A DNA stretch of 64,000 nucleotides, from contig CAVXKA010000002.1 in assembly GCA_963762255.1 (NCBI GenBank), positions 643,371 through 707,370 of the forward strand. Reading direction: 5' to 3'. The DNA is from Candidatus Eiseniibacteriota bacterium (lineage in GTDB: Bacteria; Eisenbacteria; RBG-16-71-46; JABDJR01). How positions within the stretch are numbered: the first letter of the stretch is position 1; every line of letters starts with the position of its first letter. Below are positions 34,608 through 46,391 of the stretch, piece by piece. Below the pieces are notes generated by a model. That model was not told where the DNA came from and searched no databases. It saw nothing but the letters and a program-made list of their open reading frames with translations. The position numbers were made by a program, and so were the translations under genes.

Positions 34608-35516
34608 TCAAGACGACGCCTTCTTCACCGCGTGCCCTCCGAACTGCTGCCGGAGCGCGGCCAGCACCTTGGCCTGAAAGGAGTCTTCCTGCCGCGAGCG
34701 GAACCGCGTCATGAGCGCCGCGTAGAGCACCGGCGCGGGAACGTCGTGGTCGACGGACTCCTGAAGCGTCCAGCGTCCCTCGCCGGAGTCGGACACGTAG
34801 CCGCTGAGCGATGCCAGCGACGGATCCTCGGCGAAGGCCCGCCCCGCCAGCTCCAGAAGCCACGATCGCACCACGCTCCCCTGCATCCAGACCGAGCAGA
34901 GCTGCTCGAGGTCGAACCCGTAGTCGGAGGCGTTGAGGATCTCGAAGCCTTCCGCGTAGGCCTGCATGAGGCCGTACTCGATCCCGTTGTGGACCATCTT
35001 CGCGTAGTGCCCCGCCCCCGACGGACCCACGCGGGCCCAGCCCTGATCGCGCGCGGGAGCCAGGGTCTCGAAGATCGGTCGCACGCGATCCACGACCGAC
35101 GTCTCGCCGCCGATCATGAGCGAGTAGCCGTTATCGAGCCCCCACACGCCGCCGCTCACACCTGCGTCGATGAAGTGAAGGCTGCGCTCCCGCAGCGCCT
35201 GCCCGCGGCGCACCGAGTCCTTGAAGTAGCTGTTGCCGCCGTCGATGACGACGTCGCCGGGAGCGAGCACATCGGCCAGGCTCCAGATCGTCGTCTCTGT
35301 CGGGTCCCCCGCCGGAACCATGACCCACGCGGTGCGCGGCGGCCGCAGCTTCCCCGCGGCCTCGGCGAGCGTCGACGCACCTTCCGCTCCCTCCGCGACC
35401 ATGGCCGCCACGGCCTCGCGATCGAGGTCGAAGACCACCACGCGATGCCCGCCGCGCAGGAGCCGCCGCGTCATGTTGGCGCCCATCTTGCCGAGTCCGA
35501 TCATCACGATATCCAT
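34608..35516 (-). CDS. gnd: 6-phosphogluconate dehydrogenase (decarboxylating), short NAD-type form
   Basis: 302 aa, Rossmann MIGLGKMGANM, 6PGDH signature around GAGHYAKMVHNGIEYG. ATG overlaps the upstream SDR stop (ATGA). Confidence 0.85.
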   Translation of the reverse strand: MDIVMIGLGKMGANMTRRLLRGGHRVVVFDLDREAVAAMVAEGAEGASTLAEAAGKLRPPRTAWVMVPAGDPTETTIWSLADVLAPGDVVIDGGNSYFKDSVRRGQALRERSLHFIDAGVSGGVWGLDNGYSLMIGGETSVVDRVRPIFETLAPARDQGWARVGPSGAGHYAKMVHNGIEYGLMQAYAEGFEILNASDYGFDLEQLCSVWMQGSVVRSWLLELAGRAFAEDPSLASLSGYVSDSGEGRWTLQESVDHDVPAPVLYAALMTRFRSRQEDSFQAKVLAALRQQFGGHAVKKASS

Positions 35517-36232
35517 CACAGATCTCCTCCGTCGGGTCGAAGCACGATCTCCTCCGGCACCGAGCGCGGGTCCGTGGACAACGCCCAGATCACCGCGTCC
35601 GCCACCGAGCCCGGCGACATGAGTCGATCCGCGGGCGGGGCCTTTGCGTGCTCCCACATCGCGGTCGCGGTCGCGCCGGGAATGACCGCGGTGACGCGCA
35701 CGCCGGTTCCGAGCGTCTCTTCCCGTAGCACGCGCGTGAACCCGAGCAACCCGAACTTCGACGCGCCGTAGGCGCCGCAGCCGCGATACGCCTTCACACC
35801 CGCCACCGAGACGTTCATCACGACGTGCCCCTCGCGCGCGGCCAGCATCTCCGGGAGCACCTCGCGGGTGAAGAAGAACGGTCCACGCAGGTTGGTCTCC
35901 ATAGCGCGATTCCAGACTTCCGTGGTGAGCTTCGCCACCGAAGCGTATTCCGCCACCCCCGCGTTGTTGATGAGGATGGACACGCGGCCGAAGCGCTCGC
36001 GCGCCGCATCCACCGCCCGGCGCACATTGTCCTCGCGGCGCACATCGCACACGATCGGCTCGAACGCGACCTCGTGCCCCGCGGCGTCGGCATCCCGCCC
36101 CAGCGCCTGGAGCGGCTCCTCGCGGCGGCCGACGCCGGCTACGTTCACGCCCAGCGCCAGCAACCGGAGCGCGATCTCGCGCCCTATGCCTGTCCCCGCG
36201 CCAGTCACGATCGCGGTACGGCCGGAGAGCAT
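35516..36232 (-). CDS. SDR-family oxidoreductase (candidate sepiapterin/pteridine reductase by context)
   Basis: TGAGTGIGREIA cofactor motif, NNAG, and a YGASK catalytic dyad. Sits between gnd and folE with ATGA overlaps on both sides. Confidence 0.75.
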   Translation of the reverse strand: MLSGRTAIVTGAGTGIGREIALRLLALGVNVAGVGRREEPLQALGRDADAAGHEVAFEPIVCDVRREDNVRRAVDAARERFGRVSILINNAGVAEYASVAKLTTEVWNRAMETNLRGPFFFTREVLPEMLAAREGHVVMNVSVAGVKAYRGCGAYGASKFGLLGFTRVLREETLGTGVRVTAVIPGATATAMWEHAKAPPADRLMSPGSVADAVIWALSTDPRSVPEEIVLRPDGGDL

Positions 36233-36816
36233 CAGATCTCCGTCCTGTGCTTGAGCAAGTCCAGGAATTCGTTGCGTGTCCCGCGGTCCTCGCGGAACAC
36301 GCCCAGCATGGCGCTGGTGATCGCCACCGAGTGCTGCTTCTGCACGCCGCGCATGGTCATGCACATGTGCGTCGCCTCGATCACCACCCCCACCCCCTGC
36401 GGCTGCAAGAGCTTTTGGATGGTCTGGGCGATCTGGTTGGTCAAGCGCTCCTGCACCTGGAGTCGCCGCGCGCACACATCCACCAGGCGCGGGATCTTTG
36501 AGAACCCGACGATCTTGCCGTTGGGGATGTAGGCCACATGGGCCTTTCCCACGAACGGGAGGAGATGGTGCTCGCACATCGAATAGAGTTCGATGTCCCG
36601 GATGCAGATCATCTCGTCGGTGTCCTCGCTGAACAGGGCCTTGTTGAGCACGTCTTCCGGATCCTGCTTGTAGCCCTGCAAGAGGAAGCGATAGGCCTGG
36701 GCCACGCGGTGGGGTGTGCGCAGGAGCCCTTCGCGCTCGGGATCCTCGCCCAGCTCGACCAGCATCTCGCGCACCAGCGCTTCCAGTCGCGCGTTGTCCA
36801 ATGGTTTCATCATCAA
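36232..36816 (-). CDS. folE: GTP cyclohydrolase I
   Basis: 194 aa with the conserved FolE core ([10 protein letters not shown], zinc-binding CEHH) and C-terminal ...MCMTMRGV... Confidence 0.9.
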   Translation of the reverse strand: MMMKPLDNARLEALVREMLVELGEDPEREGLLRTPHRVAQAYRFLLQGYKQDPEDVLNKALFSEDTDEMICIRDIELYSMCEHHLLPFVGKAHVAYIPNGKIVGFSKIPRLVDVCARRLQVQERLTNQIAQTIQKLLQPQGVGVVIEATHMCMTMRGVQKQHSVAITSAMLGVFREDRGTRNEFLDLLKHRTEI

Positions 36817-37244
36817 CCTCTTTCGGGTCCGTAGAAATCCACGACGTTTCGATCGGTCTCATAGAGTCGGATGCGATACAGGATCCCCGCGGGAAGCGCC
36901 GGCTCCAGCACCTCCCAGGCCGCCACGGCGATGTTCTCCGCGGTCGGGATGCGACCCCGCATGAAGTCCACGTCGCGGTTGAAATCGCGGTGGTCGCAAC
37001 GCTCCCAGAACTCGCGCACGATGACCGCCTTGAGATGCTTGAGATCGACAACCATGCCGGTCTCAGGATCGGGCTTCCCGCGCACCGTCACCTCGAGCAC
37101 GTAGTTGTGGCCGTGCCCGCCCTCGGTGGCGCACTTGCCGAAGACGGCGGCGTTCCGCGCATCGTCCCAGGCCGGATTGTGGAGCCGGTGCGCCGCGCAG
37201 AAGGCGATGCGCTTGGTGAGGTAGAGAGAACCGTCCCGCATCAT
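36813..37244 (-). CDS. 6-pyruvoyl-tetrahydropterin synthase / QueD-family 6-carboxytetrahydropterin synthase
   Basis: 143 aa with the CxxxH...HGHNY zinc-site pattern (FCAAHRL...[11 protein letters not shown]) of the PTPS/QueD fold. Whether it is PTPS or QueD is not resolvable by eye. Confidence 0.8.
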   Translation of the reverse strand: MMRDGSLYLTKRIAFCAAHRLHNPAWDDARNAAVFGKCATEGGHGHNYVLEVTVRGKPDPETGMVVDLKHLKAVIVREFWERCDHRDFNRDVDFMRGRIPTAENIAVAAWEVLEPALPAGILYRIRLYETDRNVVDFYGPERG

Positions 37245-38455
37245 CGCGCATCTCCTTCGCTCTCAGCGCCCGGCGCGCCTCCGCCACGCCGCCACGCATC
37301 CGCAAGCTCGCTCAGTCGTCCGGCGGGGAGTTTGCCCGTTCCAAGCCGATCGTTGCCCCCTCCGCGTCCTTCGCACGCGGCCAGCAGACCGCGCAGCACA
37401 GTACCGGCATGCGCGGGCCACCCCGAGGGCACGGCGAGCGCCGCCCGCCCCTCGGCGCCGTTCGCGCTGGTGAGCAGCACCGGCGCGCCCCGCCGATCCG
37501 CCAGCGCCGACGCCATCGGCACCAGCCACTCGGCGCGGCCCGGCCCGACGTCCCGCACGAACGCGCCATCCACCGGCTCGGCAGCCCAGCGCTCGATCCG
37601 GTCCTCGCGCAGCTCGGTCTCGGCCTTCTCCGCCCGCGCGCGCTCGGCCCGCGCCTCCTCCTGAATCGCGGCGGCCCGCTCCGGCACGTCGAACTCATCG
37701 ACGGTCAGCGCCAGGGCCAGACCCCGTAGCGCGCGATGCCGCCGCGCGTAGTCCCCCAGCGCGCGCGCCCCGCAGACGAACTCGATCCGGAGTCCCCCCT
37801 TCTTCCGCTCCCAGCGCAGGATCTTGATCGGTCCCACCTGGCCCGCCCGGTCGCAATGGGTGCCGCAGCAGGGAGTCGCGTCGAAAGTGCCCACGGCCAC
37901 GACGCGGACGGGTCCTTCCGCCGGCGCTTCCTTGCGGAGGTGCCGAGGCGCGGAGGCGGCGTCGGGGTACCATGCGGCCACCACAGGGAGATCGGACATG
38001 ACCACAACGTTCGCGGCGCGCTCGGCGCGGTCCATCGCATCCTCATCCAGGTTATCGCGGTCGAGATCGATCGTGCAGCGGTCCGCCCCCAGATGGAAGC
38101 CGACCGTGCCCGCCGCGGCCAGGTCGAGGAACGCCCGACTCAAGATGTGCTGCCCGGTGTGCTGCTGGCGGTGATCGAGCCGGCGCTCCCAGTCCACCTC
38201 GCCGCTCACCGGACCCTCGGCGAGCACGCCCAAGATACGGTGGACAACGGTCTCGCCCTCTTCGAACACGTCCACGACGCGGCAGCCCCCGAGCACGCCG
38301 AGATCGTGCGGCTGGCCTCCTCCGGTGGGATAGAGCGCCGTGCGATCGAGCACGACGTCGCAGAGCCCCTCTCCCGCGGCGCGGGCAGAGAGCACGACGG
38401 CGTCGAAGGCGCGCAGCGCGGAATCCTCGTAGTAGAGTCGTTGGGTGGCCGGCAT
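37241..38455 (-). CDS. alaX: Alanyl-tRNA-synthetase-related editing protein (AlaX-L-like; Thr/Ala-RS second additional domain)
   Basis: HxxxH (HTGQHIL) and CxxxH (CCGTHC) zinc motifs of the AlaRS editing domain. N-terminal MPATQRLYYED is typical of AlaX. Confidence 0.75.
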   Translation of the reverse strand: MPATQRLYYEDSALRAFDAVVLSARAAGEGLCDVVLDRTALYPTGGGQPHDLGVLGGCRVVDVFEEGETVVHRILGVLAEGPVSGEVDWERRLDHRQQHTGQHILSRAFLDLAAAGTVGFHLGADRCTIDLDRDNLDEDAMDRAERAANVVVMSDLPVVAAWYPDAASAPRHLRKEAPAEGPVRVVAVGTFDATPCCGTHCDRAGQVGPIKILRWERKKGGLRIEFVCGARALGDYARRHRALRGLALALTVDEFDVPERAAAIQEEARAERARAEKAETELREDRIERWAAEPVDGAFVRDVGPGRAEWLVPMASALADRRGAPVLLTSANGAEGRAALAVPSGWPAHAGTVLRGLLAACEGRGGGNDRLGTGKLPAGRLSELADAWRRGGGAPGAESEGDAR

Positions 38456-38576
38456 CGGTCGAATACCCCGCAGGTGACGTTCCAGTATACGCGAAGGCGA
38501 CTTCTGCTATACTGCTTCACGAGCGTGATCGGCGGCCTTCCCTGCATGGTCTTGCCGGATCGGGTTCAGGAGTCAG

Positions 38577-38987
38577 ATGCGCAAGCTCATTTCACTCGTC
38601 CTGGGATTCTCTTGCTGCGCGGCGGTCGCGACCGCCGGCCCGCGTCAGTCCGGGTCTCCTCTGGACTCGACACCGTTCCGCAGCGATCGCGCCAACTTCA
38701 GTCTCTCCGCCGTCGGGGGCCAATCTCAACTTTTTGACCGCGCCGCTCCGGCCTCCAAGGAGGCCACGGAAGCCCGAGAGCTCGCCGAGGTCCAGGCGAT
38801 CGCCTACCGCATCTCCTACGCCGGGGTTCTGCTGCTGACCGCAGACCGGCTCTTCCGCTCGTTCGACTCCGTTCTCGAGAGCATGCAATTGAACGCCGAG
38901 GACGGGACCAACTTCCACTTCGTGATGGAGCCGAAAAGCCGAGGTTTCGAGATCGGGCTCCGCCTCTCCCGACCGATCGGCTTCTGA
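38577..38987 (+). CDS. Small secreted hypothetical protein
   Basis: 136 aa with signal peptide (MRKLISLVLGFSCCAAVATAG). Divergent from the alaX operon. The antisense 257-aa ORF is considered spurious. Confidence 0.45.
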   Translation: MRKLISLVLGFSCCAAVATAGPRQSGSPLDSTPFRSDRANFSLSAVGGQSQLFDRAAPASKEATEARELAEVQAIAYRISYAGVLLLTADRLFRSFDSVLESMQLNAEDGTNFHFVMEPKSRGFEIGLRLSRPIGF

Positions 38988-39011
38988 TCCGCTCCTCGAG
39001 TTGAGGGGGTT

Positions 39012-39359
39012 ATGAGCGATACCTGTCTCTTCTGCAAGATCGCTCGCCGCGAACTGGACGCCGCCGTCGTGTACGAGGACGACGACGTGCTCGCCTTCAA
39101 GGACATCCAACCGCAGGCGCCCGTTCATGTGCTGATCATCCCCAAGCGCCACCTCGCCACCCTCAACGATTTCCGACCGGACCACGGCGACCTGATCGTC
39201 AAGCTCGTCCTCGCCGCGACCAAAATCGCGCGCGACCAGGGGGTGGCGGACGACGGCTACCGCCTGGTGTGGAACTGCCAGGAAGGGGCTGGGCAGTCGG
39301 TCTTTCACGTCCACCTGCACCTCCTCGGCGGGCGGCGCCTGAACTGGCCTCCCGGCTAG
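39012..39359 (+). CDS. HIT-family (histidine triad) nucleotide hydrolase
   Basis: 115 aa with a histidine triad (HVHLHLLGG) and an N-terminal CLFCKI zinc-ribbon-like motif. Confidence 0.9.
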   Translation: MSDTCLFCKIARRELDAAVVYEDDDVLAFKDIQPQAPVHVLIIPKRHLATLNDFRPDHGDLIVKLVLAATKIARDQGVADDGYRLVWNCQEGAGQSVFHVHLHLLGGRRLNWPPG

Positions 39360-39399
39360 CCTCAAAACCCCGCGAAGGTTCGGCCGATAACTCCCTGAG

Positions 39400-41061
39400 A
39401 TGCAATCTGTTCCTCTCCGGACCGCCCCGACCGGCGGTCCTCGACCTCTTTCAGTTGTGGAGGGGCGCCGCGCCTATCTCGGGTGGGCGGTGGGCGTCGG
39501 CGCGTGCATGCTGCTTGTGCTCGGCGTCGCGATCGGCCGCCACGGCGCATCGGTCACGCCCGATTCCGTCCAGTACCTGAGCGCGGCCCATCATGTCGCT
39601 CGTGGGGACGGGGTCGTGACCTCGGTCACCGAACTCTCCGTTCTCCCCAAGATGGTCCCGCTCGGACCATGGCCTCCCCTCTACCCCGCCCTGGTCGGAG
39701 TCCTCATGCGGGCGGGGCTCGATGTCTTCGCGGTGGTGCGATGGCTGAACGTGATCCTTCTCCCGCTCGCGCTCTGGCCGCTGGCCGCGGTGGCGCGGCG
39801 CATCGCGGGGCCCCGCGTGGCCGCGATCACGGTGCTCGCGCACACGCTTCTCTTCTATCCGGTCATGCTGTCCGCGTTCGTCTGGTCGGAGCCGGCGTAC
39901 ATCGTCTTCTCGCTGGCCAGCCTGGCGCTCCTCGGGCGCGGGATGGCGCGCACCGACGGGCGCCCGTGGGAACTGGCCCTGGCCGGGCTCTTCGCCGCCG
40001 CCGCGATGCTCACCCGCTACATCGGCTTCACGCTGATCGGCGCCTCGCTCGGCGGTCTCTGGCTTCTCTCGCTGCATCGCCCGCCGAGGCGCTTCTGGCG
40101 CGACATGGCTTTCTACGCGGTTCCCGCGATTCTCCCCAACGTGCTCTGGCTCTGGCGCAATCATCGAGCGACGGGATTCTTCTTCGGCGAGGCGCGCCCC
40201 GAGGCGTGGTTCCCGTGGGATCGCATCCTGGCCGATACGGGAAAGACGCTCGCCCTCGATGGAATGGCGCCGATCCTTCGACTCGACGCCCCCTGGGCGC
40301 CGGGACTGGGCATCGTGGGATTCGCCGGGGCCGTCCTCCTGGCGGGACTTCTGGTTCGCCGTCTTCGCCTCGTGCGCGTGACGAGCGCGGACGAGCGGGG
40401 CGGGCTCTCGTTCATCCTGTGGCTCTATGCGGCGGGCTTCATCCTCGGCATGATCCTGCTCTCGCGCCGGGTGGGGTTCGATCCGATCAACACGCGCTAT
40501 CTCTCGCCCGCGTATCCGCCGCTGCTCGTCCTCATCGCCGCGTTCGTCGCGAAGGTGCTGGCCGGAGAGCGGCGTCGCCGGCCGCGGCACGCCGAGCGCA
40601 ACCTGCTCATCACCGCGCTCGTGTTGCTGGCCGTTCCACAGGCAGCGAGCACCGTGCATCTCATCGCCCGCGCGGGGCACGAGGAGCGTGGGCTCACCGG
40701 TCCCTATTGGACGAGCAGCGCCTGGGACGACGCGTCGTGGGACGCCGATCCGGGCCTGCGGCGGGCACAGATGCTGGCAGGCGACGGCGCACTGATCATC
40801 TCGAACGTCTGGGATCTGATCGGCATCCGCACCGGGTTCGCCACCAAGGCGCTTCCCGAACTCACGTGGCCCGGCTTCCCGGAACGGCTCTGGGAGCATC
40901 CGGGCGCGGTGGTGGCGGTGCACCGCGATATGCGGCGCTACCGGACCACCGATGAGGACCTGCGGGCGCTCGCCGAGGCCTCGGGACGCCTCATCTCGCT
41001 TGGTGAAACAGGCACGTGGTCCTTCTATCGAATCGTCGAACCCGAGGAGCGTGGGCAATGA
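39400..41061 (+). CDS. GT-C fold membrane glycosyltransferase (ArnT / PMT, GT39/GT83-like) with C-terminal soluble domain
   Basis: About 11 TM helices over the first 400 aa, consistent with the PMT/ArnT family. The first loop (GDGVVTSVTE) corresponds to the DE/DD catalytic loop position. Confidence 0.6.
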   Translation: MQSVPLRTAPTGGPRPLSVVEGRRAYLGWAVGVGACMLLVLGVAIGRHGASVTPDSVQYLSAAHHVARGDGVVTSVTELSVLPKMVPLGPWPPLYPALVGVLMRAGLDVFAVVRWLNVILLPLALWPLAAVARRIAGPRVAAITVLAHTLLFYPVMLSAFVWSEPAYIVFSLASLALLGRGMARTDGRPWELALAGLFAAAAMLTRYIGFTLIGASLGGLWLLSLHRPPRRFWRDMAFYAVPAILPNVLWLWRNHRATGFFFGEARPEAWFPWDRILADTGKTLALDGMAPILRLDAPWAPGLGIVGFAGAVLLAGLLVRRLRLVRVTSADERGGLSFILWLYAAGFILGMILLSRRVGFDPINTRYLSPAYPPLLVLIAAFVAKVLAGERRRRPRHAERNLLITALVLLAVPQAASTVHLIARAGHEERGLTGPYWTSSAWDDASWDADPGLRRAQMLAGDGALIISNVWDLIGIRTGFATKALPELTWPGFPERLWEHPGAVVAVHRDMRRYRTTDEDLRALAEASGRLISLGETGTWSFYRIVEPEERGQ

Positions 41062-42533
41062 ACCGCACCGTATGGCGGAGCGTCCTGTCGCTCGGGCTTC
41101 TCGTGCTGCTCGTCGCCAACGCGGCCTACGCGTTCGACGCGCCGTCGTGGCGGGAGCGCATCCGTGCGAACCACGCGAACGCGGACTCCCTCATCGCTCT
41201 TGGCGCGGAGGCCGCGCGCAACGGTCATCCCCGCGAGGCGGTTCGCGCCTATGAGCAGGCGGTTGCAGTCGCCCCCGCGCGAAGGACCGAGATCGGTGGG
41301 AGACTCGCCTACCAGTACGCATGGGCCGGTGACCTCGGCCGCGCCCGGCGCGAGTTCGCCCGCGCTCGCGCGGCGCACCCGGAGGATAGAGATCTGCGGC
41401 GCGGCGAACTCCTGGTCATGAACTGGATGGGCGATCATCTGGCCGCATGGAAGGGATACGAAGTCCTGGTTGCGGAGAACGGAGAGCTGGACGACCGCGC
41501 GGAAGCTTGGGTGGAATTGGCCACGGCTCAGAACTGGGCGGGTCGGCGCGATCTCGCGTTGCGCTCCACCGAGTGGGCTCTCCACCTCGACCGCGGCAGT
41601 CGTGGGGCGCGCGATCTCGAGTCGACGATCCGCGCGGGACTGCGCCCCCGCGCAGGACTCTTCTATGACGGGGCCGAGGACTCGGACGACTACCGGGTGA
41701 ACGGCGTGTGGGCGGAGGCAAGCGTCTCCCCGCACCCGCAACTCACCCTCTCTCCGTTCGCGAACGTGCAGGGCATCCGCCGGCCGGACATGCCGCACAT
41801 CGACGAGACATGGGCCGGGATCACGGTCTCCGCGCAGCCGTTCACGCGCGCGGGCCTGTGGGCGCGGGCGGCCTGGCTCACCGACGTGCCGTCCGCGGCC
41901 GACTACGCCCCTCTGACCGGCGCGGCGACGATCGACTATCGCCCGCACGACCGCACGCGCCTCGGCGTCTCCGTCGAGCGCTTCGCGGTGGTCTCCTATC
42001 GCGCGTACCCCGAGAAGATCACCGGCGAAACGTACGGGCTCTTCGTCGAGACGCGTCCCGACTGGTTGAGCCGGGTGCGCCTCAGCGCCGACCGAGCGTT
42101 CTACCGCGGAGTGGCTCTCGCGGACGGAACCCGCGCGCCCGCGAACCGGCGATGGAACATGGCGGTCGCGGCATCGCGACAGGTGTGGGCTCCCGCGCGC
42201 CTGCGCGCCGGCGCGATGGCGCGCCGTCTCACCTTCGACCGCGGGGTGGACTACGGGATCTGGACCCCGCGCCGGTTCCACGCCGCCGCGGGTACCCTCG
42301 AGTGGGACTGGGGCACCCGCGACCGCTGGTCCTTGAACGGCGGCCTCGAAGGCGGGGCGGCTCGCGAGAACGGCGGCAAGACGGTCCTCTATGCCGGGTA
42401 CCGGCTCGGGGCGTACCGAGCGCTCGGCTCGTTCACGCTCGAGTTCTCGGCGGGCCACACCGAGGGAAACGCGGAAACCGGCACCGGCTACGACCGCTCG
42501 TACGCCCACCTCGGCCTGCGCCGGCGCTTCTGA
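41058..42533 (+). CDS. TPR-repeat outer-membrane beta-barrel protein (PgaA/BcsC-like exopolysaccharide or glycan export porin)
   Basis: Signal peptide (MNRTVWRSVLSLGLLVLLVANAAYA), N-terminal TPR-like helices, and a C-terminal beta-rich region ending in the aromatic OMP signature (...YAHLGLRRRF). ATG overlaps the upstream stop (ATGA). Confidence 0.55.
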   Translation: MNRTVWRSVLSLGLLVLLVANAAYAFDAPSWRERIRANHANADSLIALGAEAARNGHPREAVRAYEQAVAVAPARRTEIGGRLAYQYAWAGDLGRARREFARARAAHPEDRDLRRGELLVMNWMGDHLAAWKGYEVLVAENGELDDRAEAWVELATAQNWAGRRDLALRSTEWALHLDRGSRGARDLESTIRAGLRPRAGLFYDGAEDSDDYRVNGVWAEASVSPHPQLTLSPFANVQGIRRPDMPHIDETWAGITVSAQPFTRAGLWARAAWLTDVPSAADYAPLTGAATIDYRPHDRTRLGVSVERFAVVSYRAYPEKITGETYGLFVETRPDWLSRVRLSADRAFYRGVALADGTRAPANRRWNMAVAASRQVWAPARLRAGAMARRLTFDRGVDYGIWTPRRFHAAAGTLEWDWGTRDRWSLNGGLEGGAARENGGKTVLYAGYRLGAYRALGSFTLEFSAGHTEGNAETGTGYDRSYAHLGLRRRF

Positions 42534-42661
42534 AGCCCGGAATCCACGGGGCCCGCCCGCCTCTGGCATCCCCGCATCGCCTCCGGTAGACTCGATCCGT
42601 TTTCACCGCCCATGCGCTGTCATCGTGCCGTTCGCGGGACGTGGTCAGGAGGAGGAGGACG

Positions 42662-44214
<1,553 letters not shown>

Positions 44215-44218
<4 letters not shown>

Positions 44219-45648
44219 GAAGCGCACGCTCGGGGCCGGCGGCTGCGCTGGCCGGCCTCTTCGGACTGATGGCGGTGGCGGGGGCGGCACGGGCTGCCGC
44301 CCCTCTCGCCAGCACCGCAGACGTCCCTCCCGCCGGCGATCCGGTCGGACAGGCGGTCCAGGCGGTCTCCGCGGCGCGGATCGAAGCCGACATCCGCCGT
44401 CTGGCGGCGTTCGGCACCCGTCACACGCTCTCCGAGACCACGCCGGCTGAGCGCGGTATCGGCGCCGCGGCGCGTTGGGTGCAGGCGCAGTTCGACAGCA
44501 TCTCCGCCGCCAACGGCGGACGTCTGCAGGTGGTGTGGGACGCGTGGGATCAAGAGCCCGAGGAACGCGTCCCCACTCGCGCGCGTCTCGCCAACGTGGT
44601 CGCGATACTCCCGGGGACGGCATCCGGCGCCGTGCCCGTGGGGGACGCCGGCACAGCCGTCCCTGCCGGTGGAGACGTCTGTTTTGTGGTGGGTGGCCAC
44701 CTTGACTCCCGCGCCGCCGACATCATGGATGCGGTCTCGGACGCACCCGGCGCCGACGACGACGGGAGCGGGATCGCGGTCGTGCTCGAATGCGCGCGGG
44801 TCATGGCCCGCTTGCAGTGGGACCATACGCTCGTCTTCATCGCGTTCACCGGCGAGGAGCAGAACCTTCTCGGCAGCACCCATTGGGCGCAGCTCGCCGC
44901 GGCGGATTCGCTACGACTCGGCGGCGCCGTCGCCGTCGACATGGCCGGTAATACGCGCGCCGCGGACGGAGCCCTGGTCGACGACTACGTGCGTGTATTC
45001 AGCGAGGGCGTCCCGGCGGTCGAGGACGAGGCGGCGGCGCGGCTGCGCGCGGCCACCGGGGGCGAGAACGATTCTCCCTCACGGCAGTGGGCACGCTACG
45101 TGCGCGAAGCCGCCGAGAAGTACGTCCCCGAGTTCGAAGCCCGGCTGGTCTTCCGCCGCGACCGATTCCTGCGGGGCGGCGACCACATTCCGTTCAACCG
45201 CGCCGGGTTCACGGCGGTGCGCCTGACCGAAGCCGTCGAGAACTACGATCACCAACATCAGAACCCGCGCACCGAGAACGGCGTCCGCTACGGCGACCTT
45301 CCCGAGTTCGTCGACTTCGCCTATGCCGCCCGCATCGCCGGCGTCGCCGTGGCCGCTCTCGGCCACGCCGCGTCGGCCCCCGAGGCGCCGCGCGGAGTCA
45401 CGATCGACGTGAGCGGCCTCGCTGTCGACACCACGCTGCGCTGGGAGCCGAGCCCCGAGGAGGATCTCGACGGCTACGAAGTTGTGTGGCGCGCCACCAC
45501 CGAGCCGGTGTGGACTCACTTCCTCGACGTCGGCCCGGTGACCGAGGCCACGCTCCCCCTTTCCAAGGATGACACCCTGTTCGGCGTCAGGGTCCGTGAC
45601 CGCGCCGGCCACCTGAGCCCGGCGGTCGTCCCGGTGCCGAAGCGATGA
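44215..45648 (+). CDS. Secreted M28-family metallopeptidase (aminopeptidase) with C-terminal FN3-like domain
   Basis: M28 zinc-ligand region (HLDS...DDDGSG...FTGEE). The start is uncertain: TTG at 44215 overlapping the pruA stop (TTGA), or ATG at 44269. Confidence 0.65.
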
Positions 45649-46325
45649 AGCTCACCGTCATCATCCCTGTGTTCAACGAGGAGCGGACGATCGAGCAGGT
45701 CGTGCGCGCGGTGGCGGCGGTCCCCATCGACACGGACATCGTCGCTGTCGACGACGCTTCCGTCGACCGTACCCCGGAGATCCTGCGCGCGTTAGAGAGC
45801 GAGGGCCTGGTCCGCGTCTTTCGCCAGACTCGGAACCTTGGCAAGGGCGCCGCGGTACGCCGGGGCATCGACGAGGCCCGGGGGGAGATCTGCGTCATCC
45901 AGGACGCCGACCTCGAGTATCAGCCGAGCGACTTCCCGGCACTCATCCGGCCCATCGTCGAGTACGGCGCCGACGCGGTCTACGGCAGCCGCTTTCTGGG
46001 ACCGCACCGCGTCTTCCTTCACTGGCACTACGCCGCCAACCGCTTCCTCACCGGGGCGGCCAACCTGCTCTTCGACACGATGCTTACCGACATGGAAACG
46101 GGGTACAAGGCGGTACGCACCGAGGTTCTGCGGGGAATGAACCTGCGGTCGAGCACCTTCGATATCGAGCCCGAGATCACGGCCAAGCTCTTCAAACGCA
46201 GGTGCAAGGTGTTCGAGATCCCGATTACGTACAACGGCCGGACCTACGCCGAGGGGAAGAAGATCCGGGCCAAGGACGGCCTGCTGGCGGTGATCGCGCT
46301 CCTTCGCTTCCGTTTCGTCGACTGA
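45645..46325 (+). CDS. Family 2 glycosyltransferase (polyprenyl-phosphate sugar transferase type, DPM1/ArnC-like)
   Basis: 226 aa, IIPVFNEE...VDDAS(V)D...QDADLE GT2 motifs. ATGA overlap with the M28 stop. Confidence 0.85.
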   Translation: MKLTVIIPVFNEERTIEQVVRAVAAVPIDTDIVAVDDASVDRTPEILRALESEGLVRVFRQTRNLGKGAAVRRGIDEARGEICVIQDADLEYQPSDFPALIRPIVEYGADAVYGSRFLGPHRVFLHWHYAANRFLTGAANLLFDTMLTDMETGYKAVRTEVLRGMNLRSSTFDIEPEITAKLFKRRCKVFEIPITYNGRTYAEGKKIRAKDGLLAVIALLRFRFVD

Positions 46326-46391
46326 TCGGGCCCGTGATAGACTGCGCGCCCGGAAGAGAATCCGGGTGCATTTCACTGTGGTGAGGGACCA

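Noticed and set aside
34531-34863. 111-codon Arg/Ala-rich extension upstream of zwf (MASGAGGAGLRRGS...)
   Set aside because: Low complexity. G6PD similarity begins at MESQREPVPCTLVMFGATGDL, and the extension would overlap the gnd 3-prime region.
38592-39365. 257-aa minus-strand ORF spanning the small secreted protein and HIT genes
   Set aside because: No family similarity. It is antisense to two plus-strand genes with good signals (signal peptide; histidine triad).
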